57,767 nt of DNA, from positions 1 through 57,767 of IMG/VR virus record IMGVR_UViG_3300020392_000018. One strand, 5' to 3'. Position numbers and translations under genes: made by a program. Under the pieces are notes generated by a model, which made no database searches, was not told where the DNA came from, and was given only the letters and a program-made list of their open reading frames with translations. The DNA comes from a virus (taxonomy: Duplodnaviria > Caudoviricetes). The stretch's first letter is position 1. Every line of letters starts with the position of its first letter. Positions 1 through 9,781 of this stretch are shown in pieces.

Positions 1-1179
1 CCTTCAGGTTTTTTTGCAAATCATTTAGATAATAAATTCTTTTTTCATAATGAAAAAGAAATGATAGAACACTTTATGGGAACTATGATGGTTAAAGACC
101 CCGATATGTTAATTGCATGGTTTGGTCTAAAATTCGACTTACCTAAGTTATTAGATAGAGCATGTGCTTTAGGTTTGAATCCTGTAGTTATGTCCCCTTA
201 TCATAAGATAGATGGAGTTAAGCAACTTAAGGATGGTTGTAGTTTCAAGAGACAGGATGGCTATTCCCCAATTGAACAACCTATTGGTGGTAGATTAACT
301 CTCAACTTAGACTTAGCATTTGAAAGACAATGGAATGATTCACAACGAGGAACATTACCGTCGTTAAGTCTTGATTATGTTTCTAAGATATTATTTAATG
401 AAGGTAAAGAAATGAATACTAAGTTTGAAGACCCTAACGAATTTTATCGTAGGGCATGGTTAGAAGATACAGAAGCATACTTACATTATGCTCTAGTAGA
501 TGTAGAACTATTAGTTAAGATAGACGAAACTAACTTTTGTAGTGAAGCAATAGTATCATTACAACGATTACTAAAAGCACCTTTCAAGGCATGCTTCTAT
601 GCTTCGCATATGGGTTCTATTTACTTTATGAGAAATGCTTGGTGGAAAGCACCAACAGGTATCAAGAGTGCTGATAGAAAAGAGTATGAAGGGGCTATGA
701 TTTATGACCCGCTTAGTGAAGATACTAACGGACTACATCTTAATGTAGCCGCTTTTGATTTTGCAGGTCTATATCCTTCGATGATGGTTGCTAGAAATAT
801 ATCTTGGGAAACTAAATCAAACGACCCCACTGCCTTTGCTGTAAATATATCTACCCCTAGAGATTTTAGTGAAGTAACTACAAGTAATATGATGTATTAT
901 TCTACAACTGAATTAGGTCTTTTACCGAAAGCAGTATTAGAATTAAAGGAGTTAAGAAACGATTACAAAAAAAGAATGAAAAACGCAGAGAATAAGTTAG
1001 AATATCAAAAGTGGTATAATAACCAAATGGCGGTCAAGAGATTGATGGCCTCATTTTACGGTGTATTGGCGTTTCAAGGCTTTGGTTGGGCTGATGTAGA
1101 CCTAGCCGCCTCGATTACAGCAAGTGCGAGAGAAGCCATTAGATTAGCCGCATTCAAGGCGAAGGAGTTGGAGGTTTGA
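1..1179 (+). CDS. polB: Family B DNA polymerase, N-terminal subunit (exonuclease + motifs A and B); 5'-truncated by window
   Basis: Frame is open from base 1 (..NEKEMIEHF). Exo motifs FDLPKL and YALVDV; motif A AAFDFAGLYPSMM; motif B KRLMASFYG. Ends before motif C. Confidence 0.95.
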   Translation, partial: PSGFFANHLDNKFFFHNEKEMIEHFMGTMMVKDPDMLIAWFGLKFDLPKLLDRACALGLNPVVMSPYHKIDGVKQLKDGCSFKRQDGYSPIEQPIGGRLTLNLDLAFERQWNDSQRGTLPSLSLDYVSKILFNEGKEMNTKFEDPNEFYRRAWLEDTEAYLHYALVDVELLVKIDETNFCSEAIVSLQRLLKAPFKACFYASHMGSIYFMRNAWWKAPTGIKSADRKEYEGAMIYDPLSEDTNGLHLNVAAFDFAGLYPSMMVARNISWETKSNDPTAFAVNISTPRDFSEVTTSNMMYYSTTELGLLPKAVLELKELRNDYKKRMKNAENKLEYQKWYNNQMAVKRLMASFYGVLAFQGFGWADVDLAASITASAREAIRLAAFKAKELEV

Positions 1180-1949
1180 CCTACTTGATGGAGTTTGGTA
1201 AATACAAGGGTTTTCCTTTGCATCTAATACCAAATCAATATTTTACTTTCTTATTTGAAAGCAAAGATAATATGGCTTTAATTAAATACCCCACGCTCTA
1301 TTGTAAAACACACAAAGAATTAGCAAAAATAAAACCCGACTTTGAACAAAGATTAAATTTACAATGTGAGTGTAGAAAAAAATCATATAGTGTTGGCTAT
1401 CTAACTAGAAGAAAAGACTACAAAGGAGACTATGAAAATATAGTCAAAATAATATGTGCTAAATGCCGTAAAGACCAATTTAGAAGAACAAACAATGATT
1501 CTTTTTATGAAGTCGGTGCGGTTTTTGGTAAAATGTGCAATACTAATGGTTGTGGTGAAGATATGACAGTAGTTATAGTTCCTTCAATTAACACCATAGT
1601 TAAAAGAAATAAAAAATACCAAAGAGCATTGAATAGAGCATTAAGAGCAAAAATAGATACTAAAATAACAGATTTACCTTATACTAGTAATGAATTAAAA
1701 GAGCATCTCTCCTCTTTATTTGTTGAAGGTATGAGTTTGGAAAATTATGGTAGTTGGCACATAGACCATATCAAGCCAATATCGTCTTTCATCTTTTTAG
1801 ATGAAGAAGACTTTACTAAATGTTGGTCGCTAGATAATTTACAGCCATTGTGGGCCTATGATAATATAATAAAAGGCGGCTTCAATAGAAAAAAAGAGAG
1901 ACATAAATATAAAATGAGGAATAAAAATGAGTATAACAACAATATGTAG
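1176..1949 (+). CDS. HNH endonuclease (putative homing endonuclease) with Cys pairs
   Basis: WHIDHIKP...LDNLQPLWAYDNIIKG HNH motif; N-terminal FGKYKG..L..IP..Y module; several Cys pairs. Start may be ATG 1188. Confidence 0.8.
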   Translation: MTYLMEFGKYKGFPLHLIPNQYFTFLFESKDNMALIKYPTLYCKTHKELAKIKPDFEQRLNLQCECRKKSYSVGYLTRRKDYKGDYENIVKIICAKCRKDQFRRTNNDSFYEVGAVFGKMCNTNGCGEDMTVVIVPSINTIVKRNKKYQRALNRALRAKIDTKITDLPYTSNELKEHLSSLFVEGMSLENYGSWHIDHIKPISSFIFLDEEDFTKCWSLDNLQPLWAYDNIIKGGFNRKKERHKYKMRNKNEYNNNM

Positions 1950-2370
1950 GGCGTGTGGAGTAACTTTTAGAAAGTTCTCTATGAAATCAAGAGAGCAGAT
2001 TTGTGAATCTTGTAGAGGAACTAAAGGAAAAAACCGATATAGGGTTATGACTAATAAAACTATGAATGCTATAGGAACTATAGAAACTTTAGATAAGAAG
2101 GTTGCAGAACTTTCAACTTCAATTGATGTATTACATAGCACCATTGCAGTTGAGGTTCAGCATCAAATAACTAAAGGTCTTGAGCCAATTATAGAGAAAC
2201 TAATAGAAGAAAAGAATAACGAATTAAAAGATATTATTATTTCTTCTATGACCAAAGCACAGAAAGCCCAAGAAGAAGTTAAAAAACTGACTAAACTAAT
2301 AAAGGGCTATAAGAGTTCTAACACAAGAATGAAAAACAAAATAAAAGAATTTGAGGAGAAATTGAAATGA
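1927..2370 (+). CDS. Zinc-finger plus coiled-coil hypothetical protein
   Basis: CRAC..CESC N-terminus, heptad-like C-terminus; GAGG upstream. Confidence 0.7.
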   Translation: MSITTICRACGVTFRKFSMKSREQICESCRGTKGKNRYRVMTNKTMNAIGTIETLDKKVAELSTSIDVLHSTIAVEVQHQITKGLEPIIEKLIEEKNNELKDIIISSMTKAQKAQEEVKKLTKLIKGYKSSNTRMKNKIKEFEEKLK

Positions 2371-2543
2371 AATATACAAAATATATAACGGCAAAAATAG
2401 AATATGATGATGATGAAACTTGGGAGGAAACTGAAAAAGACATCAATGATATAATAGAAATGCTCACTAACTTAAAGCGTAGAGCAACTATTATTGAAAT
2501 AAAACAAGGAGTGAACAACGATGTCAATGATGGACAAGACTAA
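2367..2543 (+). CDS. Small hypothetical protein (58 aa, not in ORF track)
   Basis: Hand translation MKYTKYITAKIEYDDDETW...GQD*; ATGA overlap with upstream stop; GAGGAG upstream. Confidence 0.6.
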   Translation: MKYTKYITAKIEYDDDETWEETEKDINDIIEMLTNLKRRATIIEIKQGVNNDVNDGQD

Positions 2544-2655
2544 TGAACTCCTAGAAGACTTACTTGCTATGATAGCAAGAAGCAACAAGATATTGATGAT
2601 GGTAAATATCGTGAACATAATAACCATTATAACTATAGTAACGGTGATAATATGA
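2521..2655 (+). CDS. Small protein with C-terminal transmembrane helix (44 aa, not in track)
   Basis: MSMMDKTNELLEDLLAMIARSNKILMMVNIVNIITIITIVTVII*; GGAGTG RBS; ATGA overlap with next gene. Confidence 0.6.
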   Translation: MSMMDKTNELLEDLLAMIARSNKILMMVNIVNIITIITIVTVII

Positions 2656-2873
2656 ATAATGAAGATAAGAAAGAAAAAGAAATAAAGCAATTGAAGTATA
2701 AAATAGAAGTATTAGAGGAAAGAATTGAAGGCTTAGAAAAAGACTTGGAGTATATCGTAGAGAATAGTCCCGACTTTGGAATGATAAAATATTGTATTGA
2801 AGAATTACAAGAAGAAGTCGCTAAGTTAGCAAATCAACCTGTTGGAATACTATTTACTCGATTAAAGAAGTGA
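2652..2873 (+). CDS. Coiled-coil hypothetical protein
   Basis: ORF track; GGTGA RBS; coupled to upstream stop. Confidence 0.65.
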   Translation: MNNEDKKEKEIKQLKYKIEVLEERIEGLEKDLEYIVENSPDFGMIKYCIEELQEEVAKLANQPVGILFTRLKK

Positions 2874-2877
2874 TAAT

Positions 2878-3081
2878 ATGACAGATAATGCTCAAAAAAT
2901 AGCAATGGCTATTATTAACGATAAAAAAGCATTTAACAACATAAAGAAGTCTATCGCTTGGAGAGTGGGAGATGTAGTTCTCGATGAACAAATAAACTTA
3001 AGAGATACTATTAGGGCTATTATAATAGAAGAATTACCTAATGCCTTAGATGTCTTTCTCGCTATGTCGGAGGATGAATAA
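2878..3081 (+). CDS. Hypothetical protein
   Basis: ORF track; fills gap, abuts second polB gene. Confidence 0.6.
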   Translation: MTDNAQKIAMAIINDKKAFNNIKKSIAWRVGDVVLDEQINLRDTIRAIIIEELPNALDVFLAMSEDE

Positions 3082-3963
3082 ATGAAAGTAGTTTACGGAC
3101 ACACAGATTCAATCTATGTGCAGATAGATACTGTAGCGAAAGCACAGATGATTTGTGCAGACATACAGGATAGTGTAAGAAAGCATTTTCCTAATGTCAT
3201 GGGATTGAAACAACATCCTGTTGTATTAGAGTTTGAGAAATACTATTCAGCATTAGGTGTTGGCACAACTAAGAATAGAAATGCAGGTATGATTACATGG
3301 AAAGACGGTGAGTGGTTAGACGAGCCGGAATTTGTAATGACAGGTTTTACTGCTAAGAGAGTTAGTGAAACTAAACTTGCTAAGGGAGTTCAAACTGATG
3401 TATTGACTATGTGGGTGAATGAAAAGTCTATGACTGAAATCAATAAATATCTACATGATAAATACAATAGTGTGCTAAATGGTGATATTCCTATCGAGGA
3501 TATTATCAAAAGAAGCAGACTTCGAGAAGATAGATTTACTGTAAGATGTAATGGTTGTAGAAAGAAACACAAGTTACATGAGTGTCTTGCTATCAAGTGG
3601 TGTTTAAAGTGCGGAGAAGACACTTCTAAGTTTACTACATTAGAAGGTAGAAGACCCTCGATAGGTTCGGGTATTGCAGGAGTTGTTCATGCTAAACAGA
3701 ATGGCATTAACTTCGATGATTCTTACCTGTATCTAAAAGTAAAGTCCAACGAAACATATACTAACCCACTTACTAAGGAAGTAAAGACAGTAGATTATGT
3801 TGCAGGTTCACGCTATGTTGATTTTGATAAGCATAAACCCGATTATCAACATTATGCAAACCAAGTAATAAAGAAAGCAGAACCAATTTATAAGGCTATG
3901 AATTGGGATTTGTCTAACATTAAAACGGGCAAGATACAAACTAAATTGGAGGAATGGTTTTGA
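3082..3963 (+). CDS. polB: Family B DNA polymerase, C-terminal subunit (motif C, thumb) with Zn-ribbon insertion
   Basis: Starts MKVVYGHTDSIYV (motif C); LEFEKYY, KNRNAG, GFTAKR, DYQHYANQ, QTKLEEWF (PIP-box-like); own GGAGG RBS. Confidence 0.93.
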   Translation: MKVVYGHTDSIYVQIDTVAKAQMICADIQDSVRKHFPNVMGLKQHPVVLEFEKYYSALGVGTTKNRNAGMITWKDGEWLDEPEFVMTGFTAKRVSETKLAKGVQTDVLTMWVNEKSMTEINKYLHDKYNSVLNGDIPIEDIIKRSRLREDRFTVRCNGCRKKHKLHECLAIKWCLKCGEDTSKFTTLEGRRPSIGSGIAGVVHAKQNGINFDDSYLYLKVKSNETYTNPLTKEVKTVDYVAGSRYVDFDKHKPDYQHYANQVIKKAEPIYKAMNWDLSNIKTGKIQTKLEEWF

Positions 3964-4865
3964 ATAACGATGAAAAATATAATGCTATAATAAATAGCAT
4001 GAGTGAATATACTTATGATTGGAAGCCGGAAAATTATGATGACCCAACAGAACCTATATTGAAGATTAGTAAATCTTCTTTAGGTAGTTTTGATTGGTGT
4101 CCTAAGAAATATACTTTTAGTTATATTCAAAGATTACCACAAGACCAAACAGAAGCAATGCGTAAAGGAACAATCTTGCATATTCACAGAGAAAACTTCT
4201 TTGATAACTTTGACATCAAGAAAGCAGAACATATGTCAGCAGACGAGTTACATGATTATTGTGCAAGTTTGACACCTATTGATGAATACTTTGACATATC
4301 TATGACTGTTGCGGCATTTGAAGCAGAACGCTTTTTAGATGCTAAGGCAGAAGATAAGGTATATGAGTATTTGCCTGTATGTAACGAAGGTTTATTTGAC
4401 GCAGAAATAACAATACCTGCTGATACTAACCCTAAGTTTCCATTAAGTAGGGACTACAAAATACATATTCAAGGTATCATAGATAGAATTTTCATGGAGA
4501 ATGGTGGGTATGTTCCTTTTGAATATAAGACAGGAGCATGGAAAGATTACAAGGCAACAATGATGAGAAAAGAAATGGCTTTCTATCAAATGCTTATAGA
4601 GAATGCAGAAGATGAGGTGTTAATTAAGAATGGCTTACGACCCAATGTTCCTGTAACACATTGGGGTTGGTATTATCCTGTCTCCAATTATGTATTTGCA
4701 GAAGAAGCAAAGGCTAGAACGATGAAGTCAGTATTGAAAAATATTGCTAAGTTAATTCATTCCTATGAAAATAAGACATTTCCAACTAAGTTTTTCTTTA
4801 AGACCTGTTCTCATTGTAGTTACTTTAGTTTGTGTGATGCGGCTGAAGAGGATTCGTGGGTGTGA
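3954..4865 (+). CDS. Cas4-like PD-(D/E)xK exonuclease with Fe-S cluster
   Basis: ISKSSL..FDWCPKKY, GTILH, GIIDRI, EYKTG, C-terminal CSHCSYFSLC; exact start uncertain. Confidence 0.88.
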   Translation: MVLNNDEKYNAIINSMSEYTYDWKPENYDDPTEPILKISKSSLGSFDWCPKKYTFSYIQRLPQDQTEAMRKGTILHIHRENFFDNFDIKKAEHMSADELHDYCASLTPIDEYFDISMTVAAFEAERFLDAKAEDKVYEYLPVCNEGLFDAEITIPADTNPKFPLSRDYKIHIQGIIDRIFMENGGYVPFEYKTGAWKDYKATMMRKEMAFYQMLIENAEDEVLIKNGLRPNVPVTHWGWYYPVSNYVFAEEAKARTMKSVLKNIAKLIHSYENKTFPTKFFFKTCSHCSYFSLCDAAEEDSWV

Positions 4866-4869
4866 TAGT

Positions 4870-5109
4870 ATGAATTATAAATTTAACAACGGAGATATAG
4901 AAGTAAAGTTTGCTAAGTCACCTAACGGACAAAGATATGCTAGAATAGATTTGAATGCTAAGGATGTAACTAAGACTACACCTTTATTCAATGAAGTTAG
5001 TGAATGGGTAAAAACTCAAAGGTTAGATGGTAAAGAATGTGAGCATACTATTTTACTCAACAAAAATTACACCCCTTACATTATAGTTTTCAAGAAGGTG
5101 AATGTATGA
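4870..5109 (+). CDS. Hypothetical protein
   Basis: Start moved to ATG 4870 (MNYKFNN) after GGTGTGA. Confidence 0.6.
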   Translation: MNYKFNNGDIEVKFAKSPNGQRYARIDLNAKDVTKTTPLFNEVSEWVKTQRLDGKECEHTILLNKNYTPYIIVFKKVNV

Positions 5110-5489
5110 AAACAGTAGATTATATTTCTGAAATAATAAAACAAAAAGTATTGTCTAAGAATTGGACATTTAATGAAATAGCAGATTTAAACAGAACAAT
5201 CGAAAACCTCGCTACTGATGTATATGAAGAGATGAAACTAATAGAAAGATTTGATTTAATTAGAGAAATTAGAATCAGCGAATCTTTTGTGGGTCATGTC
5301 TTTGAAGATGTAATGAGAGAAACTGTAATGATTTCTCTTAGAGCAGAAGTAGCAGATACGGTGAGAAATATGTTAAATAACGCAACAGTTAATTTTGGTG
5401 GTAATAAAAATGAAGTTTCCGAGAGAAGTGTGGTCGGGGAGTCAAATGAAGAACGCTCCTCCACTACCAAGAAGAATAGTAAGAAGTAA
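5106..5489 (+). CDS. Hypothetical protein
   Basis: ORF track; GGTGA RBS; ATGA overlap. Confidence 0.65.
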   Translation: MKTVDYISEIIKQKVLSKNWTFNEIADLNRTIENLATDVYEEMKLIERFDLIREIRISESFVGHVFEDVMRETVMISLRAEVADTVRNMLNNATVNFGGNKNEVSERSVVGESNEERSSTTKKNSKK

Positions 5490-6471
5490 AGAAGAATACT
5501 TGAGTTATGTAAAGGCTCAAAATAATAGGACTAATGTTTACACTAGTGTTTATGATTTTGCTGAATTTGCAGAAAAAGCCAAGATAGATTCATCAGTTAT
5601 ACTCGATAGAATCTTTCTTGATTTTGATGCTCATGGTGGAAGTATATTAGACGCATGGAGAGATGTAAAAATAGTTATGCGCTATGTCTTAGAAAGAGAT
5701 TATCAATACACTCTTTTCTTTTCCGGTAGAGGTTTTCACTTGTTTATTTTTGGTGAGGTCACAGACACAATTAGAAACATACAGGTTTTCTTTAGAGAAA
5801 TAAAAGCCTATCTAATATCCCAAGTCGCACAGCATTTGGGAGGGGACATTACACTTGATGATAGAGTAGGCCAAGCAACAAGACTTAGAAGAATACCTAA
5901 TACAGTAAACATGAGTTCTAGGGATGAGAATGGAAATCCATATTTCTGTATTCCTTTGTTAGAAGAAGACTTACGGAAAGACATTATATCAATACTTGAG
6001 TTAGCCAAAAAACCTAGAAAAATACCATTTAGAATAAGTGGCAAAAACTTGGCTGTATTTCCCGAAGCACCACCTATGCAACAAGTAAGTGGCGAGATAA
6101 GTGTTCCTAAAACAACAGGTAGACTACCTATGTTGCCTTGCTTACATAATGCTATTATGACCGAGAATCCTTCTCATATGGCTAGAGCATATCTAGTTTC
6201 ATGGTATAGAGATTTACTGTCCGGTTGTAGTAGTGTAGAAAGCACCGAAGACAAGAACAAAATACTTGATGCTATTGTAGATGAGATAAGACACTTGGTA
6301 GAAACTAATGAAGAAATATGGTTAGATTGGAATGAGAGAGAAACTAGGAAACATGCGAGGTTTACTGTGCATGGTAATTATAGTAGTCCACACTGTAAGA
6401 CTGTATTGATTCCTAATGGCTATTGTGTCGGTAAGTGTTGGAGATACCCCGAACATGCGGAGGAAGCATAA
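5410..6471 (+). CDS. Archaeo-eukaryotic primase, PriS catalytic domain fused to PriL-like Fe-S domain
   Basis: IFLDFD, FSGRGFH, RLRRIPNT (AEP motifs); LPC...PHC..L...GYCVGKC Cys set; start taken at ATG 5410. Confidence 0.9.
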   Translation: MKFPREVWSGSQMKNAPPLPRRIVRSKEEYLSYVKAQNNRTNVYTSVYDFAEFAEKAKIDSSVILDRIFLDFDAHGGSILDAWRDVKIVMRYVLERDYQYTLFFSGRGFHLFIFGEVTDTIRNIQVFFREIKAYLISQVAQHLGGDITLDDRVGQATRLRRIPNTVNMSSRDENGNPYFCIPLLEEDLRKDIISILELAKKPRKIPFRISGKNLAVFPEAPPMQQVSGEISVPKTTGRLPMLPCLHNAIMTENPSHMARAYLVSWYRDLLSGCSSVESTEDKNKILDAIVDEIRHLVETNEEIWLDWNERETRKHARFTVHGNYSSPHCKTVLIPNGYCVGKCWRYPEHAEEA

Positions 6472-7181
6472 TGTTAGTAATAGATAGTAGAGAGAAAAAA
6501 GGTTCTAGGTTAGTAGAACTAGTAGAGAGCGAAGCACTAAAAATGAAAGTGCCTTATGAAAAGAAGTGGATAGAGATAGGAGATTATGTTTACGATGATG
6601 TATGTTTTGAGGCTAAGTCAGCACATGATTTTTTAGCATCAGTAATGAATAAAAGATTGTGGACTCAATTAGATAACATGGATAGACACTATCAAACTAA
6701 TGTGGTTATTATCTATGGTAGTATTGATGAAGGAGTTACTCAATATAAAAAATACATTAAGACAGATAAAAAATTTACTAACGCACAACACGCCAATTGG
6801 TCTAATAAACTTAGAAGTAAGTTTCTAGGTGCGATTGGCAGAATAACATTAGATACTGATGCAAAAGCATTTTGGGTATCTAGTGAACAAGAAGCCGCTT
6901 TGATAATTGCTTCTATATGCAAGATGAAACCTATCAAGCGAGAAGTTATCAAACCGGAGATATTCAAAAGAATATCAACAGATGATTTGAGGATAGACAC
7001 CCTCATAACTATAAAGGGCTTATCAGTAGACAAAGCGAATGCGCTGATAAAGCAATATGGTTCGATTATGGAAATAGGCGAACAAACAGAAAAAGAACTT
7101 CAAGAAATGGATGGCATAGGAAAAACCCTAGCCCGAAGAATCTTGAATGTTTTGCATTCCGAAGAAAAGGTGAAAATATGA
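6471..7181 (+). CDS. XPF/ERCC4-family structure-specific nuclease with tandem HhH
   Basis: VIDSRE, GDY, EAKS..DF..S; IKGLSVDKA and MDGIGKTLA HhH; TAATG overlap. Confidence 0.9.
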   Translation: MLVIDSREKKGSRLVELVESEALKMKVPYEKKWIEIGDYVYDDVCFEAKSAHDFLASVMNKRLWTQLDNMDRHYQTNVVIIYGSIDEGVTQYKKYIKTDKKFTNAQHANWSNKLRSKFLGAIGRITLDTDAKAFWVSSEQEAALIIASICKMKPIKREVIKPEIFKRISTDDLRIDTLITIKGLSVDKANALIKQYGSIMEIGEQTEKELQEMDGIGKTLARRILNVLHSEEKVKI

Positions 7182-8818
7182 ATGAAGATGAAAATATAAA
7201 TGAAGAAGCATTGAACTATGAAGAGTTTGAATTAAGTAAAGAGCAAGAAGAATACTTGTATAAGATTGAAGAAAATACTAAAATTTTCAATACCAATCTA
7301 CCGAGTTTCATTAGGCGTTTTCAAGAAGACGCTGTGAAAGTTTCTTTTAAGAATGATATACCTGCGGCACTAAGTTGTTTTGTAATATTAGGGCAAATTT
7401 GTAAAGACTTTGTTCTAATACCAAACGGTAGAAGTATAGAAGATAGTAGAGTTCATTTCTGTCAAATACAAACTTCCGGTTCGGGTAAATCAACCCTATG
7501 GAATTTTGTCGGGCCAGTTTCAAAGAAACTATTTGAAAAGATAAATGACCCTACGAATAATATTCATGTGATGAATTACAACATTCCCTTGTCTACTGAT
7601 GAAGAAGGGCAGGAAGAATACGGAACTAAGAAGTTCGATGTGATGTCTACAACTGAATATACCGATGCCGCATTGATAGGCGGCTATGAAGAAATTTTTG
7701 CCGATGTTCCTGTTAAGGATAATGCAGGGCATTTAATCAAACAAGACGAAAACGGAAGAGAGATTCGTCACGGTCAAGATGGCTATGATGAAGCCTATAC
7801 TAAAACTAAAAGAGAATTGACATGGGTTAGAGAAGCGGGTTTGTTAGAAGGTAGTGGATTAGCACATTGGGATGAATTTGAATACTCCGGTATTTTCAAA
7901 CAAAGCCAAAACAAGGAACAGGCCATCGTTTATCTAAATACATTGATGAATACATTAGCCGGTGAATCGTGGATTATTAGTAAGAAACTAAAGCGTGGAG
8001 ATATAATGGAATGCTTTTGCGAGCGTTCTATTCTAGCCATGACTTATCCACCGGAAAAACTAGTCAAGGTTGTTGCTAACAAAGGTGTATTACAAAGAAT
8101 GATTCTATTTATTTGGGATGTTCCCGAAGCAATATTAGACAAAATGAGAAGAATGCAGATACTAAAGGCAGGTCAATTAGAAGAAATCAATCAACCTATT
8201 GACGAGTTTGCTGATGAGTTCTATGAGATTTATAAATTAGTCCAAGAAAGATTCAATCAAGTTGGTAAAGACCCATTAAAGACCATGAAATTCACTAAAG
8301 ACTTCAACGAGAATCTAATGCTAGAATACGAAACAATGCAGGAGTTCATTCAAGATACCGAGCCTGTAGTTAGAAAGATTGCATCTAACTTTACAACTAG
8401 AATGCTTAAGATTCTAATTAAGATGGCTGTTCTGTGTTCTATTGCAGAAGCAAAGACCATAGAGAATCCTAGTAGGAGATTTACTGTTAGTGGTAGAAAT
8501 GTTAGACAGGCAGGAAATGTAGTGCGACAATGTTATAACACATTGGTATTGTGGTTAGAGCGAAGCCTAAAGGTTAGCAGGAGGGTCGGAACACAAACTC
8601 AATCACCCAATGAACAATTATTCTTGGAGAAAATTAGAGAGTCAAAGAAAGATGAAAGTGGTTTCTTTAGTAAGAAATTAGTGATAGAAGAATTACAGAA
8701 ATCTATGGCAAGAGCAACAATACACCGGCTGTTTGCTAAATATAAAACTAAAAATATGTTTGAGGAAAATAAAGTGGGTCGTTCTGTTTACTTGAAATTG
8801 AAGGAGGAGAAGAAATGA
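7178..8818 (+). CDS. MCM-like AAA+ ATPase (putative replicative helicase)
   Basis: Walker A QTSGSGKS, GLLEGSGLAHWDEF Walker B, GVLQRM Arg finger, VSGRNV sensor-2-like, C-terminal winged-helix-like region. Confidence 0.7.
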   Translation: MNEDENINEEALNYEEFELSKEQEEYLYKIEENTKIFNTNLPSFIRRFQEDAVKVSFKNDIPAALSCFVILGQICKDFVLIPNGRSIEDSRVHFCQIQTSGSGKSTLWNFVGPVSKKLFEKINDPTNNIHVMNYNIPLSTDEEGQEEYGTKKFDVMSTTEYTDAALIGGYEEIFADVPVKDNAGHLIKQDENGREIRHGQDGYDEAYTKTKRELTWVREAGLLEGSGLAHWDEFEYSGIFKQSQNKEQAIVYLNTLMNTLAGESWIISKKLKRGDIMECFCERSILAMTYPPEKLVKVVANKGVLQRMILFIWDVPEAILDKMRRMQILKAGQLEEINQPIDEFADEFYEIYKLVQERFNQVGKDPLKTMKFTKDFNENLMLEYETMQEFIQDTEPVVRKIASNFTTRMLKILIKMAVLCSIAEAKTIENPSRRFTVSGRNVRQAGNVVRQCYNTLVLWLERSLKVSRRVGTQTQSPNEQLFLEKIRESKKDESGFFSKKLVIEELQKSMARATIHRLFAKYKTKNMFEENKVGRSVYLKLKEEKK

Positions 8819-9036
8819 AATACGAAAATACATATGTTGTGTTTGATGTGACAAAAGGGCCAAAAGTAATAATAGAAACATTAGATACTTATGGTGATGA
8901 AGGTTGGGAATGTTGTTCCATGCTAAGTATAGCAGGAACTAACATTGTCGCCTTTTTGAAAAGAAGAATTGGCGCAGATGAACCAACAGTAGATGAAGAA
9001 AGCGAAAAGATTAGCAAACTTTGGTCTAGTGATTAA
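8815..9036 (+). CDS. Small DUF4177-like protein
   Basis: KYE....LDTYGDEGWECCS...AFLKR pattern. Confidence 0.6.
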   Translation: MKYENTYVVFDVTKGPKVIIETLDTYGDEGWECCSMLSIAGTNIVAFLKRRIGADEPTVDEESEKISKLWSSD

Positions 9037-9038
9037 GC

Positions 9039-9632
9039 ATGTCAGTATTAGCGTTAGATATTGAAACAAAAAATATGTCGCATGAAATAGGCGGCTTTGG
9101 TAATACCCATATGTTTCAAGTTTCTACCGTTGCTACTTGGGATGGAAATACAGGAACAGTCTATGTGGATGAACCTGTAGATTCATTTGCTAAGTCCGGC
9201 CATGTTGTCAAAGGGTTAAGTGAACTAAAATATGATTTAGATGACCACTTATCTAAAGGTGGTAAAGTCTTGGGTCATAATATAGCAGTATTTGACCTGC
9301 CTATACTTAGAGATTCTATGGATATATATTGTATTCATAAATATCTAAATGAAGAAAGTTATATTGATACTAGTAAAATATTATTAAAAGAACATGGTGA
9401 AAGATTCCAGTTGAAGAATCTTGTGAAATGCACTATGGATGACTTCAAACTTATGGATAGTGCCGACGCACCTAAGTTATGGAAGATGGGTCAATATGAT
9501 GAAGTAGTAGAATATTGCATGAAAGACACCCAATTAGTTTATGACCTTTGGCAATATGGTAAAGAACATGGGATTGTTAAAGCATTCTCAATAGAAAAAG
9601 AAGAATTTGTAGATTTGGAGGTAGATTGGTAA
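9039..9632 (+). CDS. DEDD/RNase H-like 3'-5' exonuclease
   Basis: LDIET, GHNIAVFDLP, EYCMKDT. Confidence 0.85.
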   Translation: MSVLALDIETKNMSHEIGGFGNTHMFQVSTVATWDGNTGTVYVDEPVDSFAKSGHVVKGLSELKYDLDDHLSKGGKVLGHNIAVFDLPILRDSMDIYCIHKYLNEESYIDTSKILLKEHGERFQLKNLVKCTMDDFKLMDSADAPKLWKMGQYDEVVEYCMKDTQLVYDLWQYGKEHGIVKAFSIEKEEFVDLEVDW

Positions 9633-9781
9633 TGTCCACAGCAGAATGGATTGGCTTATTTATCTTCTTGATAATCTTGACACTATTGTTTTTTGCCGCA
9701 TTCGGTGGCACTAATATAACAGAACAAAGTGTTGATGATTACATCAAGAGGCTAATGGGTCAAACGGAAGAGAAGAAATGA
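9632..9781 (+). CDS. Small membrane protein (49 aa, not in track)
   Basis: MSTAEWIGLFIFLIILTLLFFAAFGG...; TAATG overlap; GGAGG upstream. Confidence 0.7.
   Translation: MSTAEWIGLFIFLIILTLLFFAAFGGTNITEQSVDDYIKRLMGQTEEKK

Noticed and set aside
1180-3081. Group I intron or split intein joining the polB halves
   Set aside because: No intein terminal residues. The interval is packed with coupled ORFs with their own RBSs, and the second half has its own GGAGG and ATG.
3954-4865. CRISPR-Cas system suggested by the Cas4-like gene
   Set aside because: No repeat-spacer array or other cas genes seen; solo Cas4-like nucleases are common in archaeal viruses.
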